DNA of 15,902 nucleotides from Vulcanimicrobiota bacterium (GTDB lineage Bacteria; Vulcanimicrobiota; Xenobia; Xenobiales; JADMJV01): NCBI GenBank assembly GCA_050250895.1, contig JBFWNU010000015.1, positions 1 to 15,902 of the forward strand, read 5' to 3'. Shown piece by piece: positions 9,278 to 15,902 of this stretch (position 1 is its first letter; each line of letters starts with the position of its first letter). The notes under the pieces were generated by a model. It saw only the letters and a program-made list of their open reading frames with translations, ran no database searches and was not told where the DNA came from. The position numbers and the translations under genes were made by a program.

Positions 9278-9303
9278 ATGAACGACTTCGACCGCACCGA
9301 TTT
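9278..9303 (+). pseudogene. First ~9 codons of the primase gene (deletion stump)
   Basis: TAGGAGACCCCGAATGAACGACTTCGACCGCACCGAT matches 14080-14116 (MNDFDRTD), then homology stops abruptly. Confidence 0.85.
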
Positions 9304-9339
9304 CCTGACGGGCAATCACCCTCGAAAGACCAAAATCGA

Positions 9340-9866
9340 CCGAGGCGCCAGCGGTCGACTGTTTCAGAGGGTTTGGTGCTGCCGACTCTACTCCGAGCGC
9401 AGCCAGAACCAGGCCTCGGAGCCTCCGCTCCGTTCCACCGCTGGGCCCTGGCCGCCGGACTTCTGCAGACCGACCCCACCGCCGGGCTCAAGATGCGGGC
9501 CGTGCCTAGAAAGCGGGTGGAGAAGACCGACCTGCGCCCTCTGCTTTTGGCCCCGGACCCCTACACGCTGCTGGGCATTCGCGATCGCGCCGTGCTGGGC
9601 GTGCTGGCGGAAACCGGCATCTCGCAGACAGCCTGCTCGCGCCGGGACCTTGACCACCTGCAGACCGACACCGGAGCCTCAGCCAGGGCCGTCGCCGCCA
9701 GGTGCACAGCCTGAGCGACCCGCTGCTCGAGCGCCTCGAGTGCTATCTAGGCGAAGCTCGTCCCCAGCTCGAGAAGGTGGGGGAGACGGCGCTCTTCTTG
9801 AGCCAGCGTGGCACCCGCCTCTCACCAGCCTCGATTCACCAGCTGCTGCTGCGCCACGCCGGCTGA
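9340..9866 (+). pseudogene. XerC/XerD-like tyrosine recombinase remnant
   Basis: Fragments in shifting frames: RLYSERS; FHRWALAAGLLQTDPTAGL...LLLAPDPYTLLGIRDRAVLGVLAETGIS; LERLECYLGEARPQL...ALFLSQRGTRLSPASIHQLLLRHAG*. No HxxR/Tyr box is recognisable. Confidence 0.8.
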
Positions 9867-10200
9867 ACTTTCCGAACTTTCCAGAACCTGTCCAGACAAG
9901 TTTCAATGGCTAGATGAAGCCGTTTGAGCCTCTTCTCGTGGCAACCTTCCAACTTTCCAAGACCCCCTCAGGGTCATCAAGAAGTCTTCAACTATGACCC
10001 CCTGACTTCTCCTCTTAGTCGATCGGGGAGAAGCGATTCGCCAGGTGCCGTCGAATCTTTTCTTCATGGGCGCTTGCCTTGCCGCCATCCCCACCGCACC
10101 GAGCTGGGCGCGCCGGTCCAGACCGGCGCTTTCGCTGGTTCCGAAAAGGTGCGTACCCGGTGTGCCGGCCTTGAACGCGGGTCATTCAAAGCCGTCCCAA

Positions 10201-10905
10201 CCCACCTTAGGTCGCTTCCTGGTGCGGGATCCCATCGGCTACCAGGGCGGCATGAACCTCTATGCCTACTGCGGAAACAACCCCCTGAACTGCGTGGACC
10301 CGAGTGGGTTGGACGAAAGGTATCCCGTGTACGACCCATCGGCGGTAAGAATGAGAACATTGAGCGGAAATGCGGTGGACGTTCGGTATACTGGGGCAGA
10401 CGCCAACAGAGGCCCAGGTGATGTCAATCAGCTGGAGCAATATTACCAGAAGCGATATCATGGCGGAGCAACGTTAGTAGAGAGCGCGACCGACCCCGAA
10501 ATTCGCTGGAGAAATTGCTTTTCGTTCGCATGCCAGTGGACAGGATTGGTGAAGACCAACACTCAGAATGCCTGGGTCACTGAGCCTGGATTCCTGCAGA
10601 TTCTCGACGATGCCATTCGAGCAGGCGCTGTCGAAGCAGACTGGACTCCAGCATCAAAAGCGGCAGCTGGTGATCTGGTGATCTACTTTGATGCCAACAA
10701 CGTACCCACTCACGCGGGAGTCGTGCTAGGAGAGGGCCGCCCCTATGGCGAGGACCCTAGGTCGGAGCATAGGGGGGAACCATTGGTCATCTCTGATTGG
10801 GCAGACTTAGGAGTGTATGTTCACAGGGCTAACGTGGTTGGGCCTGCCATTACTACCCCCGGATATACCGTTAAATATCTCCACGTTCTGGGGAGAGGCA
10901 AATGA
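10201..10905 (+). CDS. Orphan Rhs C-terminal module with papain-like (Cys-His) toxin tip
   Basis: PTLGRFLVRDPIG...NNPLNCVDPSGL, then tip 10312-10905 with NCFSFA, GDLVIYF, THAGVV and VISDWADLGVYVH. ORF sequence upstream of 10201 is non-homologous. An in-frame ATG at 10252 is a possible start. Confidence 0.88.
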   Translation, partial: PTLGRFLVRDPIGYQGGMNLYAYCGNNPLNCVDPSGLDERYPVYDPSAVRMRTLSGNAVDVRYTGADANRGPGDVNQLEQYYQKRYHGGATLVESATDPEIRWRNCFSFACQWTGLVKTNTQNAWVTEPGFLQILDDAIRAGAVEADWTPASKAAAGDLVIYFDANNVPTHAGVVLGEGRPYGEDPRSEHRGEPLVISDWADLGVYVHRANVVGPAITTPGYTVKYLHVLGRGK

Positions 10906-11498
10906 ACGATACTCCCAAGTTGCAACCTATCAAGAAGCTCACCATCATATGCGTGCTCGCATTCCTGGTTAGCAGTCAGGTGAGTCCACAACCCAACCCT
11001 CAGAAGACGCCATTAAGCCCTCCGTCGCTCTCTATCCTTTTTGATTACGGCTCAGGCCCCGGCTGCATTCGCTTTGAAATTCCAAGCCTCTCCGGAAAGA
11101 CGGTTGAGTGTGTGGTCACTTGCATCGACGGCGAACGTCCGAAAGTGTATAGGGTTAAGGTGCCATTTGAAGCCGCATCTCAATTTTGTAGGGAACTCAG
11201 GAAGGAAGCGGAGGCGCTGCGAAAGGCCAGGAAACCCATAGGTGTTCCTCCTGGCCCACTCAGCGGCGGAGAAATACCGCCATTTCTCACCGTCGAGTTC
11301 ACTTCGCAGCAGAAGCGCCAGCGGATTCAGGTGAATGAGGATTTCCCTGCGGAGAGGCGGCTAGTGGCCCTGGTGCTAAGAGGCCTCGCAGGTGATTGTA
11401 TCTTGAGCGCAACGACTGTGGAAAGGCAGGGCCCAGTACCAAATTTGATTCTAGGATACATCAAGAAGTTTCGAGCGGCGCAAGATTCCCGAACATAG
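10902..11498 (+). CDS. Putative exported immunity protein for the orphan tip
   Basis: ATGA overlap with the toxin stop. KKLTIICVLAFLVSS signal-like N-terminus and Pro-rich linker. No visible similarity to the first immunity protein. Confidence 0.72.
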   Translation: MNDTPKLQPIKKLTIICVLAFLVSSQVSPQPNPQKTPLSPPSLSILFDYGSGPGCIRFEIPSLSGKTVECVVTCIDGERPKVYRVKVPFEAASQFCRELRKEAEALRKARKPIGVPPGPLSGGEIPPFLTVEFTSQQKRQRIQVNEDFPAERRLVALVLRGLAGDCILSATTVERQGPVPNLILGYIKKFRAAQDSRT

Positions 11499-11516
11499 AA
11501 ACCTCAAACTCGTGCT

Positions 11517-12290
11517 GGGCGCCGTCGCGCCCTTCGACCGAAGGGCGCTCGACACCGCCGCGGGACGTGAGCAAGGGCGGGTGACGGTGAAGGGGGTGGG
11601 CGTGGCTGTGGCTGTGGCTGAAAGGCGCTCGGGCGCAGTTCTCAGACCACGTCGAACCTGATAGAACTGCGCGCGAGACGGGGGCGGTAAGCTCACCGGG
11701 GCCCAAGACTCGGCCTCCGGCCGAGTCTTGGGCTTCAACGTAGGCGCTGGGTTGGCCGGTGGCCAGAGAGTGGCCAGGCTGGTGATCTGGTGGCTTGCGA
11801 CGACCGCGCTTCGCGCGGTCATCGCAGGGTGGCCTGGGGCCGACGTCTCAGCGAGCCCCTCCGCCAGATGAGGTCGAAAGCGGGCCCACTTCGACGTCGG
11901 CGGAAAACGGTGGGTCAGATCGACTCAACGCCTAAAGATTCCGCTCTCTGGACTCTTGTGTGACAAGTGTGATCTGGCCAGAAATCCTGGCCGGAAGCGG
12001 TCTCGCCCCCCCGTCCCCCGGTCCCGGGGGCCACGACCGGCAGAAACAAGAGCGGTCCTCGATCGGGTGGTTTCTGCCGGCCTTCATGCGCCTCCCTTTC
12101 GCGCGCGCCTCTATCGTGTTCAACGTGGTGCGAGAGGCGCGCCCACCGCCGGTGCAGTCCCGGCGACCTGAACCCTCCATCGCAGTCACGGCCACCTCTC
12201 GCGGCGCCGGCTATCGCGTCTTAAGGTTAAGCACGAGCCGGCGCCCCGCCTGCGTTTCAGTTCCGGGGTTCGATGGGGTTGAACACACCA
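11517..12290. other. Non-coding, hairpin-dense GC-rich spacer (copy 2, longer)
   Basis: Same hairpins as copy 1 (perfect 15-bp stem at 11701-11733; 11794-11828), plus extra segments at ~11833-11985 and 12033-12082. Confidence 0.8.
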
Positions 12291-12298
12291 GCGAGGTA

Positions 12299-12784
12299 TT
12301 ACAGCTCTCCAGCTGCGCGCAGAGTGCGCTCCAGCAGCGGCGTGGAAAGGTGAAAGTCGACCCGGCGCAGGTCGAGGAGCAAAGGACGAATCTCGGCGAC
12401 CAGGCCCTCTCGCTTTCCTCGCAGGAGCACGCCCAAAGTCCCGGTGAATTTCAGGCTGTGAAGCCTGGCCAGGCTTCTTGCCAGCCCGTCGTCGAGCAGG
12501 AGTGTAGAGGCTGTAGGCTCTTGCATTCCGATGGCCAGCACCGCAGCCTCACCGGGGCCCAGGTCGGGCACCAGTTTCAAGACCTTCGGCACAGTCGCCG
12601 GGCGGATCGTTAGCCAGGACAACGCGCCCAGCTCGGGGGCTTCGTAGCCTAGAGCGCGGCTGATCTCGACCTCCTCGGCAACCGCTTCGGTTGTCACCAA
12701 TTGCTCGTCGAAAACCTCGGGAAGCAACCAGAGCATTCCGACCCGATGAAGGGCCAACAGAGGGGAGGTGTTGCTGACGACCAC
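12299..12784 (-). CDS. DUF3368-type PIN-domain protein (putative TA toxin/RNase)
   Basis: VVSNTSPL, LGPGEAAVL, LLLDDGLAR and TGTLGVLLRGKREGLV motifs. Downstream of UPF0175 with a 1-nt overlap. Confidence 0.92.
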   Translation of the reverse strand: MVVSNTSPLLALHRVGMLWLLPEVFDEQLVTTEAVAEEVEISRALGYEAPELGALSWLTIRPATVPKVLKLVPDLGPGEAAVLAIGMQEPTASTLLLDDGLARSLARLHSLKFTGTLGVLLRGKREGLVAEIRPLLLDLRRVDFHLSTPLLERTLRAAGEL

Positions 12785-13020
12785 TAGCTTGCTTCGAGTT
12801 CTTCCTCGTCAAGAGCGAAGGCTTCAACTCCGTAGCGACCCATCTCCAGCAGAAACTGAACTCTTGGAACGCCAACCATTTCGGCGGCTCGACCGGTAGA
12901 GATCTTACCTAGCTCGTAAAGCTTGCAAGCCGCCGCCATCAAGACGGTGTGAGAGAACTGTTCTGGCGTCTCTTTCATGGTGCGCAAGAAATCGTCTGGG
13001 ACTTCGAGCTGAATGTTCAT
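12784..13020 (-). CDS. UPF0175-family protein (putative antitoxin)
   Basis: Identical to 7972-8208. Confidence 0.9.
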   Translation of the reverse strand: MNIQLEVPDDFLRTMKETPEQFSHTVLMAAACKLYELGKISTGRAAEMVGVPRVQFLLEMGRYGVEAFALDEEELEAS

Positions 13021-13412
13021 GAGCGTCTCAACATTTCTTCCATGTGGTGGCGAGTCAAGAGAGAGTCGAGAAAGACTTTCAGCGCGTCAAGCTCCCGGGA
13101 ATTCAGCTTGGGCAACTGCTGAAGAAGACCGGCTAACTCGGCGTCGTCGACAGCCATTCCAGCGATCACACCTTTGTCATCCAGCAGCAGCTGTTCCACC
13201 GGGATCTCGAGAGCTTCGGCGACCTTCTCCAATGTGCCCATGCGAGGGTTCACACGATCGGTTTCCCAGCGGGCCACATAACTCTGCGAAACGCCAACGA
13301 GATCGGCCAATTCCCACTGTTTGAGGCCTCTTTGTTTGCGATATTTCGCGATGATGTGACCGATGCTCACCTTTAAGAAATTCTGGCCGAATGATGCGAT
13401 TCCTCGAGACAT
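13017..13412 (-). CDS. XRE-family helix-turn-helix repressor
   Basis: Two amino-acid differences from 8205-8600; HTH_3 pattern. Confidence 0.92.
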   Translation of the reverse strand: MSRGIASFGQNFLKVSIGHIIAKYRKQRGLKQWELADLVGVSQSYVARWETDRVNPRMGTLEKVAEALEIPVEQLLLDDKGVIAGMAVDDAELAGLLQQLPKLNSRELDALKVFLDSLLTRHHMEEMLRRS

Positions 13413-13506
13413 AGTGACTGCAACGAAATATAGTGCCGCCCAACCCAGGAATTAAATTACATTATCAGAATTCATGATTCTGATAAATAATTCTCAGGAT
13501 TCTGAA
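13413..13506. promoter_or_regulatory. Divergent promoter/operator region with inverted repeats
   Basis: AT-rich. TTATCAGAAT-N5-ATTCTGATAA at 13462-13486 and TCAGGATTCTGA at 13494-13505. Confidence 0.65.
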
Positions 13507-14082
13507 ATGATCTCTCAAATACCACGCTTCCGAACCCTCGCCCTTACCTTTCCCACCATCGCGGCGGCCCTGCAGCAAGGCGCCATCGAGCCAGACTTCA
13601 CCCCCCAAGACCTCGAAGCGTGGCTCCTGCACGTCAGCCAGCCCGGTCAGCTGGCCGCCTACTTCTGCCTGCACGTGTGGGATCGGCGACCCGTCGACCT
13701 GAGCCGCTCGCTGCAGGTCTGGGATGCCCAGCACCGGGCCGCCTTCATGGCCTGGGCGGCCGAGCCGTTCTACCTGTGCTCGGCTGATGTCGAGATGGCC
13801 ACCCACTGGCGCCGGTTGGCCGAGCAATTCCCCCTGGTGGAGCGCTTCGTCCAACAAGACCGCCTGCCCGAGCGGCCTGAGCCCCGCCACCTGCTGGGCC
13901 TGCTCGAACAGGCGCTCAGCCCCACCGAGAGCACCATCGTGCGCTTCTTGCTGCATGTCTGGAACCGCTACGACAACCCCTTCGAACTCGATGACCTGAT
14001 CGGCTGGGACGACCAGCACCGCCAGGCCTTCACCGACTGGTTCAGCGGTCGGGCCACCGGCCAGCCCGGCCAATACTTCTAG
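13507..14082 (+). CDS. Hypothetical protein with two tandem homologous domains
   Basis: ATG at 13507 is conserved in copy 1 (8695), whereas the ATG at 13474 is ACG there. Repeated motif F.LHVW...WD.QHR.AF..W. Confidence 0.8.
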   Translation: MISQIPRFRTLALTFPTIAAALQQGAIEPDFTPQDLEAWLLHVSQPGQLAAYFCLHVWDRRPVDLSRSLQVWDAQHRAAFMAWAAEPFYLCSADVEMATHWRRLAEQFPLVERFVQQDRLPERPEPRHLLGLLEQALSPTESTIVRFLLHVWNRYDNPFELDDLIGWDDQHRQAFTDWFSGRATGQPGQYF

Positions 14083-14092
14083 GAGACCGCGA

Positions 14093-15902
14093 ATGAACGA
14101 CTTTGACCGCACCGATCTCGAGGCCCTCAAAGCCAGCGTCGACCTGGCCGAGCTGATGCGCTCGCACGGCATCGAGCTGCGCCAGGTCGGCAAGAACCTG
14201 GTGGCCACCTGCCCCTGGCACGAAGACAAAGAGGCCTCGTTGGTGGTGAACCCCAAGAAGCAGCTCTTTAACTGCTTCGGCTGCAAGACCAAGGGCGACG
14301 CACTCAGCTTCCTACAGCTGCGCGAGAACCTGTCGTTCCCGCAGGCCCTGACCCGCCTGCGCGAGCTGGCCGGGCAGGCACCCGCGCCAGCCAGGCCGAC
14401 CCCCACCTTGAAAGACCCGGACCGGTTCGAGGGCGGGCTCACCCGACCCCAGCTGCTCGAGCGGGTCACCGCCTTCTATCAGAAGCGTCTGGTCGACAGC
14501 GACGAAGCCCAGCAATACCTGAAAGAACGCGGCGTCACCCTTGAGCTTCTCGAGGCTTTCCGGGTCGGATACTGCGACGGCTCGCTACTCAAGGCCATCC
14601 CCGGCGGCGGCGAAGTCCGCCAGGCTCTTGCTCAAATTGGCGTGCTCAACGATAAGGGCCGAGAGCATTTCCTGGGCTGCGTAGTGGTCCCCCTCGAACA
14701 TCCCGAGCGGGGCATCGTCGGCCTCTACGGCCGTCGCCTCAACCCGAAAGCCAAAGTGCGGCATCTCTTTCTACCCGGCCCCAAGCGCGGTGTTTTAAAC
14801 TGGCAGAGCCTCACCGCGGCCAACGAAGTCCACCTGGTCGAGAGTGTCTTTGACGCCTTCGCCCTGTGGGTGGCCGGGGTGCGCAACGTCACCTGCCTCC
14901 ACGGCACCCAGGTTTTTCAAGATTTGGGGGCGTTCCTTCGAGCGTCCACCGTCAAGGAAATCCGGCTGTGTCTTGATGCCGACCAGGCCGGCGAGTCCGC
15001 CGCCGACCAGCTCGCTCATGACTTGAAAAACCGGTTCCGGGTGAGCAAGGTGCTGCTGCCTGACGACACGGACCCCAACGCCATCCTCACCAGCCACGGC
15101 CCCGACATCCTGAGAAACTTTCTCGATTGCGTGAAGCCACTCGAAGAAGCCGAACCCGAGGACATCCCGCTGGTCGAAGACCTGCCCGACGGCTTCCGGC
15201 TGACCTTCGAGACCGTCGAGTATGAAATCACCCCACGGCCACCCTACACCGGCCGGCTGCAAGTGGCGCTGCGAGCGAAGACCCGCGAGCAACGCCCGCA
15301 GAAGTTCCTCGACCGCTGCGACCTCACCAGCGCCCGGGCTCGAGCGGCCACCCTGCGCGGGCTGTCCCAGCGGCTGGGCCTGGCCAAGGAAGAGGCCGAG
15401 CAGCAGCTGGCCCAGATTCTCGACACCACCGAAGCATGGGTCGAAGGGTTCGCTCGTGAGAACGAGCCCAACCGGGCCGAGCCGCCCGAGCTGACCGAAG
15501 CCCAGAAGGCCGACGCCCTGGCCTTCTTGCAACGGCCCGACCTGGTCGAGGCCATCCTGCACGACATGGAAGACCTGGGCTATGTGGGTGAAGAGCACGG
15601 CAAACTGCTGGCCTATCTCATCGGCATCTCGCGCAAGCTCGAGAACCCGCTCTCTGGCATCATCCGTTCCCAGAGCGGCGCCGGCAAGTCCGGACTGTCG
15701 GGGCTGGTGGGCCAGCTCACTCCGCCCGAGGACGTGATCCACTACTCGCGCGTGTCCACCCACGCCCTGGCCTATGCCGAGAAGACTTACTTCAAGCGCA
15801 AACTACTGATCATGGAGGAACGTGTGGGCGGCGAATCGGCGGACTACTACATCCGGGTGCTCCAATCGAGCCACAAAATACGCCAGGCGGTGCCGGTCAA
15901 AG
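14093..15902 (+). CDS. CHC2 zinc finger-Toprim DNA primase fused to a P-loop ATPase/helicase (3' truncated by window)
   Basis: Not in the ORF track because there is no stop in the window. AGGAG RBS at 14081. CPWHED...FNCFGC; YLKERG; GLYGRR; Toprim LVESVFDA, CLDADQAG, DPN; Walker A SQSGAGKS (15668-15691); Walker B LLIMEE. 603 open codons. Confidence 0.93.
   Translation, partial: MNDFDRTDLEALKASVDLAELMRSHGIELRQVGKNLVATCPWHEDKEASLVVNPKKQLFNCFGCKTKGDALSFLQLRENLSFPQALTRLRELAGQAPAPARPTPTLKDPDRFEGGLTRPQLLERVTAFYQKRLVDSDEAQQYLKERGVTLELLEAFRVGYCDGSLLKAIPGGGEVRQALAQIGVLNDKGREHFLGCVVVPLEHPERGIVGLYGRRLNPKAKVRHLFLPGPKRGVLNWQSLTAANEVHLVESVFDAFALWVAGVRNVTCLHGTQVFQDLGAFLRASTVKEIRLCLDADQAGESAADQLAHDLKNRFRVSKVLLPDDTDPNAILTSHGPDILRNFLDCVKPLEEAEPEDIPLVEDLPDGFRLTFETVEYEITPRPPYTGRLQVALRAKTREQRPQKFLDRCDLTSARARAATLRGLSQRLGLAKEEAEQQLAQILDTTEAWVEGFARENEPNRAEPPELTEAQKADALAFLQRPDLVEAILHDMEDLGYVGEEHGKLLAYLIGISRKLENPLSGIIRSQSGAGKSGLSGLVGQLTPPEDVIHYSRVSTHALAYAEKTYFKRKLLIMEERVGGESADYYIRVLQSSHKIRQAVPVK

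Larger units (their letters stand above)
6905..9303 (+). repeat. Long diverged direct repeat, copy 1 (copy 2 at 11517-14118)
   Basis: Both copies begin GGGCGCCGTCGCGCCCTTCGACCGAAGGG within 20 bp after each immunity stop. Homology continues through the TA pair, XRE gene, hypothetical gene and first primase codons. Confidence 0.95.
5657..10200 (+). mobile_element. Unit 1: decayed copy of an Rhs-tip-carrying primase/tyrosine recombinase element
   Basis: Bounded by the repeated Rhs core sequence CCCACCTTAGG (5658, 10201). 6905-9303 is homologous to 11517-14118. Contains primase and Xer-like remnants. Confidence 0.7.
10200..15902 (+). mobile_element. Unit 2: apparently intact copy of the element, continues beyond the window
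   Basis: Same gene order as unit 1 with all frames open. Primase-ATPase gene is uninterrupted to the window end. Confidence 0.75.

Noticed and set aside
8786-9319. 177-aa minus-strand ORF as a genuine gene
   Set aside because: Created by the inversion; only its middle is the displaced 3' part of the hypothetical gene.
8912-9913. 333-aa plus-strand ORF
   Set aside because: Chimeric read-through of the inverted segment, primase stump and mostly out-of-frame recombinase remnant.
10045-10200. N-terminal extension of the orphan Rhs ORF
   Set aside because: No Rhs similarity, and it overlaps the hairpin-containing element end; likely a chance open frame.
11602-11620. (GTGGCT)3 microsatellite
   Set aside because: Short, non-coding and not conserved in copy 1.
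13465-15763. 334-aa and 322-aa minus-strand ORFs
   Set aside because: Antisense to the hypothetical and primase genes, which have clear motifs.

Overview
GC-rich bacterial accessory locus. It starts with the 5' end of a minus-strand GspF/PilC-family gene. A full-length, signal-peptide-bearing Rhs/YD-repeat polymorphic toxin (1914 aa) follows, with a lysozyme/SLT-like tip and an exported immunity gene. Downstream lie two tandem, diverged copies of one unit: [Rhs core tail + toxin tip, immunity, hairpin-dense spacer, DUF3368/UPF0175 TA pair, XRE repressor, divergent two-domain hypothetical, CHC2-Toprim-ATPase primase, tyrosine recombinase]. Unit 1 (~5657-10200) is decayed by frameshifts, a 361-bp inversion and a deletion joining the primase start to a Xer-like remnant. 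Unit 2 (10200 to the window end) looks intact, carries a papain-like tip, and runs off the window inside the primase gene. The unit boundary falls inside the Rhs core at a TAA-N7-TTA site resembling a tyrosine recombinase site. This suggests an integrative element that swaps the toxin tip of the resident Rhs gene. All family calls come from motif recognition by eye; no searches were run.
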